From positions 1-33,836 of the forward strand of contig VBMM01000029.1 in assembly GCA_005878415.1 (NCBI GenBank): DNA of 33,836 bases. The letters run 5' to 3'. The number at the start of each line of letters is the position of its first letter. Position 1 is the stretch's first letter. This stretch comes from Methanobacteriota archaeon. GTDB taxonomy: Archaea > Thermoplasmatota > Thermoplasmata > RBG-16-68-12. The notes beneath the pieces are model-generated. The model saw only the letters and a list, made by a program, of their open reading frames with translations. It did no database searches and was not told where the DNA came from. Shown piece after piece: positions 1-9,037 of this stretch. The position numbers and the translations under genes are program-made.

Positions 1-432
1 ATCCGAGACGGCGCACTGCTCGTCGTGCGGAGGACGTACGGCCCCTCGAAGGGCCTCTGGACGATTCCCTCCGGCTACCTCGAGCCAGGCGAGTCGATCG
101 TGCAGGCGGTCGAGAGGGAGGTTCGTGAGGAGACGGCAGTCGCGGCCCGCGCGGAATCGATCGTCGGCGTTCGGAACCGCGTCGCCGGAGAGGCAAACGA
201 CACCTTCCTCGTCTTCGCGATGGCGTACGAATCCGGTGAGCCCCGGCCCGATGGCCGGGAGGTGAGCGAGGCCGCCTTCCGTCCGCTCGATGAGGTATCG
301 CGGTCGGAGGACTCAGCTCCGTTCAGGCGCGCAATCGTCCCGAAGCTCATGCGGGCCCGCGGCATGCGCCTGGATGTCTACGCTCCGTCGCGGGACGGCT
401 CGGGGACGCTCGCGTATCTCCTGTACATCTAG
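1..432 (+). CDS. Nudix hydrolase (5' end lies upstream of the window)
   Basis: The frame is open from base 1, so the gene starts upstream of track ORF 25..432. It carries a Nudix box, GYLEPGESIVQAVEREVREETAV (G-x5-E-x7-RE-x2-EE). Confidence 0.8.
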   Translation: MRDGALLVVRRTYGPSKGLWTIPSGYLEPGESIVQAVEREVREETAVAARAESIVGVRNRVAGEANDTFLVFAMAYESGEPRPDGREVSEAAFRPLDEVSRSEDSAPFRRAIVPKLMRARGMRLDVYAPSRDGSGTLAYLLYI

Positions 433-472
433 AGGCCGCGAAAGCCTTTAGGCGGACCGCCGTTGCGCGGCC

Positions 473-1093
473 GTGGCCATCACGATTGTGGCGCAATCGC
501 TCGGCACGAAGTACGTCCTCGATGCCGCGGCGCTCGACCGCCTCCGGGGGACCTTGAGGACCGGTGGGCTCGTCGTGCATCCGACGGACACGGTGTACGG
601 GCTCGGAGCGGATCCATTCCAGCGGGAGGCCGTGGATCGCGTCTTCGCCGCGAAAGGCCGTCCCCGGGATCAACCGATCTCCATCGCCCTCGCCGAACCC
701 GCTGATGTATTCCGGTATGGTATCAAGTCGGCCATCGCCGAGGCGTTCTGCACGAAGAACCTCCCGGGTCCCTTCACGGTCGTCTTGCGCGCGACGAGGG
801 ACGCGCCGGCGCCCGTCGTCGCGACGGACGGCCGGATCGCGATCCGCGTCCCGGCTCACCCGATCCCGCGTCTCCTCGCGAAGGCGTACGGTCCGATCAC
901 GTCGACGAGCGCGAACCTCCACGGTCGACCTTCTCCCGTGACGTGTGTGGAGGCGCACGAGCAGCTCGGCGATCGCGTCGACGTCTACCTGGACGGAGGC
1001 CCGACGCCGCTCGGCGGCGAGTCGACGGTCGTCGACCTCTCCGGGGATCGGCCAAAGGTCCTTAGGCAAGGGGTCCTTCCGACGGGAGCGTAA
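473..1093 (+). CDS. tsaC: L-threonylcarbamoyladenylate synthase, YrdC/TsaC-type (YrdC domain only)
   Basis: 206-aa ORF with a GTG start. YrdC/Sua5 hallmarks are HPTDTVYGLGADP, KGRPRDQPISI and GESTVVDL. There is no C-terminal Sua5 domain. The stop lies 4 nt before the next start. Confidence 0.8.
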   Translation: MAITIVAQSLGTKYVLDAAALDRLRGTLRTGGLVVHPTDTVYGLGADPFQREAVDRVFAAKGRPRDQPISIALAEPADVFRYGIKSAIAEAFCTKNLPGPFTVVLRATRDAPAPVVATDGRIAIRVPAHPIPRLLAKAYGPITSTSANLHGRPSPVTCVEAHEQLGDRVDVYLDGGPTPLGGESTVVDLSGDRPKVLRQGVLPTGA

Positions 1094-1097
1094 TCCC

Positions 1098-1985
1098 ATG
1101 GACGCCTCCGCGCGCGAGTCCCTGCTCCGAGCCGGACGGATCTCGCGTGAGGCGCGCGAGCACGCCGCGGGGCTGGTGAAGGAGGGCGCGCTCCTCCTCG
1201 ACGTCGCGGAGGAGGTCGAGGGGCTCTTCCACAAACGCGGCGTGCGTCCGGCGTTCCCGACCTGCATCTCGATCGACAATGTCGCCGCTCACTATACGCC
1301 GACGCACGACGACCCGCTCCGATTCCGGCGGGGGAGCGTCGTCAAGTTGGACCTCGGCGCCCACGTCGACGGCTGGATTGCGGATACCGCGGTGACGGTC
1401 GAGGTCGGGACGCGGAACTGGACGCCGCTCATCCGGGCGTCGGAGCTCGCCTTGCAGACGGCCATCGAGGCGGTCCACGCGGGCGTCGCGACCCAGTCGA
1501 TCGGAGGAGGCATCCGGCGTGCGATCGAGTCCGCCGGGTACCGGCCCGTCCGGAACCTGACCGGACACACGATTGAGCGGTACGTCCTGCACGCGGGCAA
1601 GAGCGTCCCGAACGTGCCGCACGGCCATGATGTGCTCGAGGCCGGCGAGGTCGTCGCAATCGAGCCGTTCGCCTCGGCGGGCGCGGGTCACGTCGAAGGC
1701 CGAAAGACCGGCAACATCTACCGCGTGCTCCGGCCGAACGCGCTCGGCCACGCGGAGGCGGACGACTTCGTGCAGACCTTGGCGAAGGAGTTCAAGACGC
1801 TCCCCTTCGCCGAGCGTTGGGCGCACCGTCTCGACCCGCGCGCACCGGCACTCCTGAACCAGCTCGTGCGGAGCGGGGCCGTGATGACGTACCCCGCGCT
1901 CCTCGATGCCGATGGCGGGATCGTCTCGCAGACGGAGCACACGTTAATCGTCGGCGTGGACGGGGCGGACGTCACGACCGCGTGA
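1098..1985 (+). CDS. map: Methionine aminopeptidase, type 2 (archaeal)
   Basis: Track ORF 945..1985 was trimmed to the ATG at 1098 (MDASARESLLRAG...), giving 295 aa. MetAP pattern: PAFPTCISIDNVAAHYTP, LDLGAHVDGWIADTAVTV, TGHTIERYVLHAGKSVPN, VVAIEPFAS, SQTEHTLIV. The discarded 5' part overlaps tsaC in another frame. Confidence 0.9.
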   Translation: MDASARESLLRAGRISREAREHAAGLVKEGALLLDVAEEVEGLFHKRGVRPAFPTCISIDNVAAHYTPTHDDPLRFRRGSVVKLDLGAHVDGWIADTAVTVEVGTRNWTPLIRASELALQTAIEAVHAGVATQSIGGGIRRAIESAGYRPVRNLTGHTIERYVLHAGKSVPNVPHGHDVLEAGEVVAIEPFASAGAGHVEGRKTGNIYRVLRPNALGHAEADDFVQTLAKEFKTLPFAERWAHRLDPRAPALLNQLVRSGAVMTYPALLDADGGIVSQTEHTLIVGVDGADVTTA

Positions 1986-1995
1986 GGCTCGGAAC

Positions 1996-2003
1996 GTTTA
2001 TTA
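1996..2003 (+). promoter_or_regulatory. TATA-box-like element (TTTATTAT)
   Basis: An isolated AT-rich octamer in GC-rich intergenic DNA, 43-50 nt upstream of the TTG start at 2046. The spacing suits an archaeal TATA box with a short leader. Confidence 0.35.
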
Positions 2004-2045
2004 TCGAACGCCCCCATCGACGCCGTCCCTCGGAGCGGCCATCGG

Positions 2046-2339
2046 TTGAGCGACATCAAGCGGATCGTCCTGGACGTGCTGAAGCCTCACAAGCCATCCC
2101 TCGTGGACATGTCGCTCCGGCTGAGCGGCCTTAAGGGGGTCGACGGCGTGAGCCTCACCCTCGACGAGGTCGACCAGGAGACCGAGAGCGTGAAGGTGAC
2201 GATCGAGGGGTCATCGATCAACTACCCGAGCGTGGAGGAGGCGTTGCGGGAGCTCGGCGCCGTCATCCACTCCGTCGACCTGGTCTCGTCGGGCAAGCGG
2301 CTCGTGGAGGACGTCCGCACAGGCCAGGACCATGGCTGA
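2046..2339 (+). CDS. DUF211 (COG1888) family small protein
   Basis: 97 aa with a TTG start. IKRIVLDVLKPHKPSLVDMSLRLSGLKGVDGVSLTLDEVDQETESVKVTIEG matches my recollection of the archaeal DUF211 LDVLKPH-type family. Confidence 0.65.
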   Translation: MSDIKRIVLDVLKPHKPSLVDMSLRLSGLKGVDGVSLTLDEVDQETESVKVTIEGSSINYPSVEEALRELGAVIHSVDLVSSGKRLVEDVRTGQDHG

Positions 2340-2353
2340 TCCGCGGCGCGGTC

Positions 2354-2571
2354 CTATCGGGCGTCCTTGATCCGTTGGGCGACCTTCTGCACGATCGACG
2401 TCTTGAAATAGTCCGTGGCTCGAGCCCGAGCGCCTTGGCGGCGGTCGCAATCTCCTGCACGGTCGGCGATTCCACGGCCCACCGCTTCGCGACCCGTCGG
2501 CCATCGTCCCGCGAACGTCCGAGGTCGAAATACGCCGGATACAGGACGATCGGGCGGTCTCCCTTCGGCAT
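2354..2571 (-). pseudogene. srp19: SRP19 (signal recognition particle 19-kDa protein), frameshifted and missing its central segment
   Basis: The ATG at 2571 gives MPKGDRPIVLYPAYFDLGRSRDDGRRVAKRWAVESPTVQEIATAAKALGLEP, a typical SRP19 N-terminal half. The same frame then reads an Arg/Pro-rich tail to 2263, overlapping DUF211 by 77 nt. A different frame (2416..2354) reads TDYFKTSIVQKVAQRIKDAR*, a typical SRP19 C-terminal helix, and stops 15 nt from the DUF211 stop. Confidence 0.6.
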
Positions 2572-2682
2572 GGGCGCCGTCGGAATCACGACGCCGCCAT
2601 AAGCCTTTGGTCGGCCGCCTTGCGCCGCCGATATCTTCATTCCCGCGGCCGCTCTGTCCGGCCCGATTTCCGGGGGAGCACG

Positions 2683-4101
2683 ATGGAGGACGACCGCTCG
2701 GAGCTCGTGGATTTCGCGGTGGACTACGCGACCAAGAGAGGGGCCTCGTACGCCGAGGCCCGCTACGAGCGCCACGACCAGGAGTCGTTCATCCTGAAGA
2801 ACGGAGTCCTCGACGCCCTCTACATCGGCGACGATCGGGGGATCGGTGTGCGGGTCCTCGTCGATGGCGCCCTCGGATTCACGGCGACGAACTCGCTGGC
2901 GAAGCCGGACGTACGTGGAATCGTCGACGACGCGGTGAAGATTGCGAAGGCATCCCGAAGGAAATCGAGGATCGTCTTCGCCCACGAGGACGCGATCACG
3001 ATGAATTGGGCCGTCCCGGAGCAGAAAAAGCTCGCGGACGTCCCGGTTGAGGACAAGATCGCGGAGATCCGGTCGGTGGACGCGGACCTGACCGCGCTCG
3101 GATTCAAGATCCCGGCCCGCACCTTCCAGCTCAGCAACAATCGGATTTCGAAGTATTTCGCGAACTCGGAAGGGTCCCGCATCCGGTCGTACAGCCCGCG
3201 GCTGCGGGCGCTCTACTTCCTCACGGTCATGGCCGAGGGAGGCGTCGAGCAGACGCATCGGAACTACGGCTGGTCCGGCGGTTGGGAAGGCGTACGGATG
3301 TGGGACCTCAGCAAGCGCGTGCTCGATGAAGCTCGCTCCATGCAACGGTCGCTGACGGAGGGCAAGAAATCCCCGGAGGGGAAGATGGACCTCGTCGCGG
3401 GACCTCAGGTCGCCGGGATCGCCTCCCACGAGTCGTGCGGCCATCCGACGGAGGCGGACCGCGTCCTCGGACGCGAGGCGAGCCAGGCCGGGAAGTCGTT
3501 CATTCCCCCCGACGGCGCGGGGATGCGGGTCGGATCCGAGGTGGTCAACGTCGTCGACGATCCGACCGTCGAGCACTCGATCGCGTACTACGCCACGGAT
3601 GACGAGGGCGTCAAGGCGAGGCGGCGATATCTGTACAAGGAGGGCCGCGTGGCGGAGTTCCTCCATAATCGGGAAACGGCAGCGGCGCTCGGGACCCGGA
3701 GCAACGGCGCCTCACGGGCGGTCAACTACAACGTCGAGGCGATCGTCCGAATGGCGAACACCTTCGTCGAGCCGAAGGACTACGCCGTCGACGAGATGCT
3801 CGAGGATGTGAAGTTCGGCGTGTACATGAAGAGCTTCATGGAATGGAACATCGACGACAAGCGCTACAATGCGAAATACGCGGGCCGCGAGGCATACCTC
3901 ATCGAGAACGGGGAAGTCAAGCATCCCGTCCGCGGGACCGTCATCGAGCTCACGACCCCCGCGTTCTGGTCGGCCGTCGACGCCGTCGGGAAGGATCTCG
4001 AGTGCGAGGCGGGTTTCTGCGGCAAGTCCGATCCGGGACAGGCGCTCGACGCGAGCATGGGTGGCCCGACGATCCGCCTCCGCAACGTGTATCTGAGGTG
4101 A
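2683..4101 (+). CDS. tldD: TldD-family metalloprotease
   Basis: Track ORF trimmed to the ATG at 2683, which is preceded by GGGGGAG; 472 aa. TldD/PmbA-family sequence with the metal-binding motif HESCGH (HExxxH) and the C-terminal GGPTIRL. Confidence 0.85.
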   Translation: MEDDRSELVDFAVDYATKRGASYAEARYERHDQESFILKNGVLDALYIGDDRGIGVRVLVDGALGFTATNSLAKPDVRGIVDDAVKIAKASRRKSRIVFAHEDAITMNWAVPEQKKLADVPVEDKIAEIRSVDADLTALGFKIPARTFQLSNNRISKYFANSEGSRIRSYSPRLRALYFLTVMAEGGVEQTHRNYGWSGGWEGVRMWDLSKRVLDEARSMQRSLTEGKKSPEGKMDLVAGPQVAGIASHESCGHPTEADRVLGREASQAGKSFIPPDGAGMRVGSEVVNVVDDPTVEHSIAYYATDDEGVKARRRYLYKEGRVAEFLHNRETAAALGTRSNGASRAVNYNVEAIVRMANTFVEPKDYAVDEMLEDVKFGVYMKSFMEWNIDDKRYNAKYAGREAYLIENGEVKHPVRGTVIELTTPAFWSAVDAVGKDLECEAGFCGKSDPGQALDASMGGPTIRLRNVYLR

Positions 4102-4105
4102 TCCG

Positions 4106-5419
4106 ATGGAAGACATCGCCTCCCGAATCGTCGAGAAGGCCATCTCGCTCGGCTGTCAGGATGCGGTCGCCGACGTCGTGGCGAACCGCTCGTACCAGAT
4201 CCGTTTCGCCCGGAACGAGCCAGTGATCAGCAATCGCTGGCGCGAATCCAGCGCGTCCGTCTTCTTCGTGTACCGGAAGCGGGTGCTCGCGAGCGACATC
4301 AAAGACCTCTCGCGGGCGGACGAAGCGGTCGAACGCCTCGTGAAGATTGCCAAAGGCTCTCAGGAGAATCCGGACTACGCCGGCATCGCAAAAGGCCCGT
4401 TCAAGTATGCCCGCACGCGACCGGACCCCAAGGTGGTGGCCCTCGATGAAGGCGGCAAATACGTCGAGGCGGCGATCGGCGGTGCGTTGGACGAAGGCGC
4501 GAAGGAATGCGCCGGATCGTTCTGGAAGTACGAAGACGAACACTTTCTCTCGACCTCGAACGGCGCGGAATCCCACGACCACCGCGCGAGCCTCTACCTG
4601 TCGATCCGGGCCCTCGTCGCCCTCGAGTCGAGCGGCCACGGTGTCGCCGCCGCGACGAAGCTCTCCCGGTTCGATCCAGCGAAGGCGGGCCACAAGGCCG
4701 GTCGCATCGCGGTGCTCGCGCGCGATCCGAAACCGGGCAAGCCCGGGCGCTATCCCGTCATCTTCGACCCGTTGATCTTCGGCTCGCTATCGGACCAAGT
4801 CGGCGGGCGCCTCAGCGCCTGGGCCGTGCTCGCGGGGTTCTCGCCGTTCGGCAAGAAAGTCGGCAAGGCGGTCGCCTCGTCGCAATTCACCCTTTACGAG
4901 GACGGATCCGCCGACTCGATTGGCCGCAAGCGATTCGACGCAGAAGGCGTGCCCACGCGGAGGAACGTGCTCGTGAACAAGGGCGTCCTGAAGACCTACC
5001 TTCACAACACGACGACCGCAAAGAAGTTCAAGGCGAGGACCACGGGCAACGCGGGACTCGTCTCGCCCGAGCCGCACGCGCTCTTCGTGAAGCCCGGCGA
5101 CTGGACGAAGGACGAGATCTTCTCGGAGGTCAAGGATGGACTCTGGCTCACCAACACGTGGTACACTCGCTTCCAATCGTACGTCACGGGCGACTTCTCG
5201 ACGATCCCGAGGGACGGCATCTTCCACATCCGGAAAGGAGAGGTCGTCGAGACCTGGAAGGACGTTCGGTTGACCGACAACCTCCTCCGCATGATGAAGA
5301 ACATCGAGGCGCTGAGCAACAAGCCTGAACAGATGATGTGGTGGGCCGAAGTCAGCATCCCGAACTTCGTGCCCTATGCCCTGATCAAGGACGTCGGCAT
5401 CACGAAGTCCGCGGAATGA
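4106..5419 (+). CDS. pmbA: PmbA/TldE-family protein (TldD partner)
   Basis: 437 aa, starting 4 nt after the tldD stop. It is a TldD/PmbA-family paralog without an HExxxH motif, as expected for the non-catalytic partner subunit. Confidence 0.8.
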   Translation: MEDIASRIVEKAISLGCQDAVADVVANRSYQIRFARNEPVISNRWRESSASVFFVYRKRVLASDIKDLSRADEAVERLVKIAKGSQENPDYAGIAKGPFKYARTRPDPKVVALDEGGKYVEAAIGGALDEGAKECAGSFWKYEDEHFLSTSNGAESHDHRASLYLSIRALVALESSGHGVAAATKLSRFDPAKAGHKAGRIAVLARDPKPGKPGRYPVIFDPLIFGSLSDQVGGRLSAWAVLAGFSPFGKKVGKAVASSQFTLYEDGSADSIGRKRFDAEGVPTRRNVLVNKGVLKTYLHNTTTAKKFKARTTGNAGLVSPEPHALFVKPGDWTKDEIFSEVKDGLWLTNTWYTRFQSYVTGDFSTIPRDGIFHIRKGEVVETWKDVRLTDNLLRMMKNIEALSNKPEQMMWWAEVSIPNFVPYALIKDVGITKSAE

Positions 5420-5425
5420 GCCCGT

Positions 5426-5818
5426 CTAGCTCGCCGGGCCCTCGATGAGGACCGCGTTGATCACGCCGTCCTGGCCCGGACGCGACGTGACCCGGGCGAG
5501 GCCGATCTCCGTCTGAACCGTCGCGCCGCGCGTGATGATGTTCCGGGTGACGAAGTTCGGATTCGACGGGTTCGCCTTCACGGTGATGATCTTGACCTTC
5601 TTCGTGGCGGCCGTGCGGCGGTCGAGGACGTTCGCGTGCTCCGCCTTCAGGATGCGGACCTTCCGGTTCCCGCCTTTCGTTCGGTAGAGTTTGAGGCGCT
5701 GCGGCCCGATGAACGCGTACTGTTGCTCCCGACCGATTTCTCGCTTGCGCTTCTTCCGCAGCGGTCGATATCGACCGCCGGTCGGCTTCCGTTTCGAACG
5801 TCCTTGCCAGAGGGCCAC
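5426..5818 (-). CDS. rps8e: 30S ribosomal protein S8e
   Basis: 130 aa. MALWQGRSKRKPTGGRYRPLRKKRKREIGRE...VTSRPGQDGVINAVL is collinear with archaeal eS8. Confidence 0.95.
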   Translation of the reverse strand: MALWQGRSKRKPTGGRYRPLRKKRKREIGREQQYAFIGPQRLKLYRTKGGNRKVRILKAEHANVLDRRTAATKKVKIITVKANPSNPNFVTRNIITRGATVQTEIGLARVTSRPGQDGVINAVLIEGPAS

Positions 5819-5873
5819 GATCGACCTCGAGGGATGCGTCCCAAGGACCCGGGTCTATATGACGATTGCGCCG

Positions 5874-6827
5874 CTAGCCGAGGTTGAGATAGCCGTACGC
5901 GAGGACGTTCGCGATGAGGAACCCAAGGACCGCGCCGCCGTTCAGGAGAGGGAGGCCGGCTTGGGGCTTCCCCCTCAGGACGAAGCGCATCAGGAACAGA
6001 AACCCAAGCAGGCTGCCGACGACCGTCGCGATAGAGATCCACACGTTTGAGGCGATCCCGATGAAGTCGCCACCGGAAGGCGACAAAAACGTGAATGCGG
6101 AGACGCTCAGGATCCCCGGGATGATGAGGTCGCCAAGACCAATGAACATCGCCTCTCGTTCCTCCCCGGACGCGACCTGCTCTTTCAGGCTCTTCTGTTC
6201 CCGGAACGAGTAGCCGGCTTTCTTCGGGATCACGAGGAGGATCGGGAGACGCTGGCTCGTGAGTTCGTCCGCGAGCGTGATCATGTGCTTTGTCCGGTAG
6301 ACGGCCCAGGCGTCGTACACCGCGAGGGCGAAGAGGAGCAGGATCGCGGGCACGATGCCGAACGAGATCCCGAGGATCGCGGTCACGCCCGCCGCGGTCA
6401 TGATCCCGACGGCATCGACGACGTACCACTCGGGGAACTTCACGAGCACGTATACGATGAGCCCCGCCAGGACGAACGAGATCAGCGTGGACACGTTGAC
6501 CAACAAATCACCGTCGATCGCGCCGCCGGAGGCATAGTAGAGTCCGAAGTAGAGAGGGAGCAGGAGGATGAACGCGAGGGTGACAAAGATCGAGGCCATG
6601 ATCACGTACTTCGCGAGATTCTGGCGGCGGTAGCGTACGAGGCCGAGGATCACGGCGGTGAAAGCGAGGATCATGACGATGTATACGGCCGTGTTCGTCA
6701 CGTCCGCGGGGTTCGAGAACGCCTGGAAGCCGCCCGCGAAGAATAGGGGCGAGAGGGCGATCGCGAGGATCTGGCTCCCTACGAGAATCGCGGCCATCGC
6801 CGCAATCGGGGCGTACTCCCGGCGCAT
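5874..6827 (-). CDS. Presenilin/signal-peptide-peptidase-like intramembrane aspartyl protease (A22 family)
   Basis: 317 aa and polytopic (about 9 hydrophobic segments). Catalytic motifs are YD (LAVYDAWAVY) and GLGD (MFIGLGDLIIPG), plus a PAL-like GLPLLNGG near the C-terminus. Confidence 0.75.
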   Translation of the reverse strand: MRREYAPIAAMAAILVGSQILAIALSPLFFAGGFQAFSNPADVTNTAVYIVMILAFTAVILGLVRYRRQNLAKYVIMASIFVTLAFILLLPLYFGLYYASGGAIDGDLLVNVSTLISFVLAGLIVYVLVKFPEWYVVDAVGIMTAAGVTAILGISFGIVPAILLLFALAVYDAWAVYRTKHMITLADELTSQRLPILLVIPKKAGYSFREQKSLKEQVASGEEREAMFIGLGDLIIPGILSVSAFTFLSPSGGDFIGIASNVWISIATVVGSLLGFLFLMRFVLRGKPQAGLPLLNGGAVLGFLIANVLAYGYLNLG

Positions 6828-6834
6828 GGGCCGC

Positions 6835-7455
6835 CTACTCCCGTGTCACGCGTCCGAACGCCACGGTCCCGGCGATCTTCTCGATGAACACCTTCACGAT
6901 CGCGCCCTTCGCGGTCCCGGGCACGTAAATCACGTACCTGTCGAGTTTCGCGATCCCGTCGCCCTTCTTCCCGATGTCTTGGATCATCAGCTCGTAGACT
7001 TTGCCCTCGACGAGGGGCGCTTCCTCGACCTTCGCGGCCTTCTTGACCGCCTTCACGGGCCGCCGGGCGCCGCATGCGTCGCATTCGAGCATCGCGATGC
7101 GGTCCTCTTTCACGAGACGCGTGTCGGGGCGGCCGCACTCTTGGCACAGGACGTACGCGTCGACGTAGGACTTGATTCGCTCTTCGAGCTGTTGCGCCGT
7201 GACCTTGCTCTTGAACACGACCCGCCGCCCTTCCAGCGCTCCCGCGGTCCCGAGCTCCCGTAGAAGGTACGTGAGGACCATGTCCGGGTCCCGCCGGATC
7301 GCGCCGACGATGTCCTCGAAGTTCCGGAGGATCGTCGTCTTCCCCTCGATCACGACGTCGGGGGCCGGGACCTGGAATCGCTCACCGCTGCTGAGCGCGG
7401 CCGGGAGAGCCTTCTTCGCGCGAGTGAGGAGCTGGTCGTAACTGAACGTAGACAC
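6835..7455 (-). CDS. eif2b: Translation initiation factor aIF2 subunit beta with a C-terminal TRAM domain
   Basis: Track ORF 6835..8403 was trimmed to the GTG at 7455 (MSTFSYDQLL...), giving 206 aa. The aIF2-beta core includes the zinc ribbon CQECGRPDT...CDACGA. The last ~57 aa, EGKVYELMIQDIGKKGDGIAKLDRYVIYVPGTAKGAIVKVFIEKIAGTVAFGRV, are a clear TRAM-type sequence. The rest of the track ORF is antisense to pyrG. Confidence 0.9.
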   Translation of the reverse strand: MSTFSYDQLLTRAKKALPAALSSGERFQVPAPDVVIEGKTTILRNFEDIVGAIRRDPDMVLTYLLRELGTAGALEGRRVVFKSKVTAQQLEERIKSYVDAYVLCQECGRPDTRLVKEDRIAMLECDACGARRPVKAVKKAAKVEEAPLVEGKVYELMIQDIGKKGDGIAKLDRYVIYVPGTAKGAIVKVFIEKIAGTVAFGRVTRE

Positions 7456-7480
7456 GAAGGACGACGAAGCCCGGGGTCGG

Positions 7481-7486
7481 TTTAAA
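7481..7486 (-). promoter_or_regulatory. TATA-box-like element (TTTAAA)
   Basis: A palindromic TTTAAA lies 26-31 nt upstream of the GTG at 7455. This would give a leaderless or near-leaderless aIF2-beta transcript. Confidence 0.35.
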
Positions 7487-7496
7487 GGTTGCGGGC

Positions 7497-8981
7497 TCAA
7501 GACGCGGCGGCGCGAACGAGGCCCAGGTGAATCGGGGAAGGCCGCAGCGGACGAGATCGCAACTCCGGATGGAATTGAGACGCGACGAAGTAGGGATGGC
7601 CCTTGAGCTCGAGGACCTCCATGCGCCGGCCGGCGTCGGAACGGCCCACATACCGCAATCCGGCATCCTCGAGTTTGGGGATGTACGCAGGGTTGATTTC
7701 GTAACGATGTCGATGCCGTTCGAAGATCTTCGTGGACCCGTAGAGCTTTGCGGTCATCGAGTCCGGCTCGAGGTCGATCTCGTGCGCGCCGAGTCGCATG
7801 GTCGCGCCCATCCCCTTGACGCTCCGCTGCTCCGGCAGTAGGTCGATGACCGGGTGCGGCGTCTTTGGAGAGAACTCGGAGCTGTTCGCGTCCTTGAGGT
7901 GGAGGACCTCCCGAGCGAAGCCGACCGTCGCGAGCTGGAACCCCAGGCAGACGCCCTGGAACGGGATGTCGTTCTCCGCGGCGTACCGGGTAGCGGCGAT
8001 CTTCCCCTCGATCCCGCGATCCCCGAACCCGCCCGGCACGAGGATGCCGTCCGATCCTTCGAGCGCCTTCGTCCCGTGCTTCTCGATGTCGAGTGACTCC
8101 ACCCACCTGAGGTTCACGCGCACGCGGGCGTGGGCGCCCGCATGGTGGAACGCCTCGATGTGGCTGATGTACGAATCTTTCAGGTGGGTGTACTTGCCCA
8201 CGAGCGCGATCGTGACCTCCTTCTCGGGATTCTTCAGCTTCTCGAGGTACTCTTTCCATTCCCGCATGTCCTCGGCCTTCGGCTTCAGCTGGAGCGTCTT
8301 CATGATGTACTCCGTGAGGCCTTGGCCGTCGAAGAGGAGGGGCACGTCGTAAATCGTGGAGGCGTCCGGCGCGCTGATGACGCCCTCGACCGGGACGTCG
8401 CAAAAGAACGCGATCTTCTTCTTGATGTCCGGTTCGAGGGAGTGCTCGCCGCGCGCGACGATGACGCTGGGTTGGATCCCCATGGACCGAAGTTCCCGCA
8501 CGCTCTGCTGGGTCGGCTTCGTCTTCTGCTCCCCGACCGCGCCCATGATGGGCACGAGCGTCGTGTGGACGAAGAAGACGTTCTCCTTCCCAATCTCTTG
8601 GCCTAGCTGGCGAACCGCCTCGAGGAACGGCATCCCCTCGATGTCGCCCACCGTGCCCCCGACCTCGACCAGGACGATGTCCGCGCCCTCCTTCTCCCCC
8701 ACACCCCGGAGCTGCGCCTTGATCTCGTCCGTGATGTGCGGGATGATCTGGACCGTCTTACCGAGGTAGTCGCCGCGTCGCTCCTTCTCGATCACTGCGC
8801 GGTAGACCTTCCCCGTCGTGATGTTGTGGTCCCCCGTCAGGTTGACGTCCAGGAATCGCTCGTAGTTGCCGAGGTCGAGGTCGACCTCGGAGCCGTCGTC
8901 GAGGACGAAGACCTCTCCGTGCTGGTACGGATTCATCGTGCCCGCGTCGACGTTCAGATAGGGATCGATCTTGAATGACAT
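7497..8981 (-). CDS. pyrG: CTP synthase lacking the N-terminal P-loop segment (possible pseudogene or assembly lesion)
   Basis: 494 aa. [47 protein letters not shown], the GATase motif GVCLGFQ and HRHRYE are collinear with PyrG. The ORF begins at the equivalent of E. coli residue ~37. A GTG at 8988 in another frame reads MKYVI, a typical PyrG start. Confidence 0.9.
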   Translation of the reverse strand: MSFKIDPYLNVDAGTMNPYQHGEVFVLDDGSEVDLDLGNYERFLDVNLTGDHNITTGKVYRAVIEKERRGDYLGKTVQIIPHITDEIKAQLRGVGEKEGADIVLVEVGGTVGDIEGMPFLEAVRQLGQEIGKENVFFVHTTLVPIMGAVGEQKTKPTQQSVRELRSMGIQPSVIVARGEHSLEPDIKKKIAFFCDVPVEGVISAPDASTIYDVPLLFDGQGLTEYIMKTLQLKPKAEDMREWKEYLEKLKNPEKEVTIALVGKYTHLKDSYISHIEAFHHAGAHARVRVNLRWVESLDIEKHGTKALEGSDGILVPGGFGDRGIEGKIAATRYAAENDIPFQGVCLGFQLATVGFAREVLHLKDANSSEFSPKTPHPVIDLLPEQRSVKGMGATMRLGAHEIDLEPDSMTAKLYGSTKIFERHRHRYEINPAYIPKLEDAGLRYVGRSDAGRRMEVLELKGHPYFVASQFHPELRSRPLRPSPIHLGLVRAAAS

Positions 8982-9023
8982 ATTTCACGTCAATTCACGG
9001 GATTGGTCCATTGGGCGAGTTCC

Positions 9024-9030
9024 ATTAATA
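9024..9030 (-). promoter_or_regulatory. TATA-box-like element (TATTAAT on the minus strand)
   Basis: An AT-rich heptamer 36-42 nt upstream of GTG 8988 and 43-49 nt upstream of ATG 8981 of pyrG. Confidence 0.3.
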
Positions 9031-9037
9031 GTTTACG

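Noticed and set aside
945-1097. N-terminal extensions of track ORFs (945.., 2620.., 6835..8403, 9282.., 10071..11180, 21305.., 24682..25842, 16598..)
   Set aside because: The extensions overlap neighbouring genes or read as Arg-rich nonsense. Family alignments begin at internal start codons, which also give operon-like spacing.
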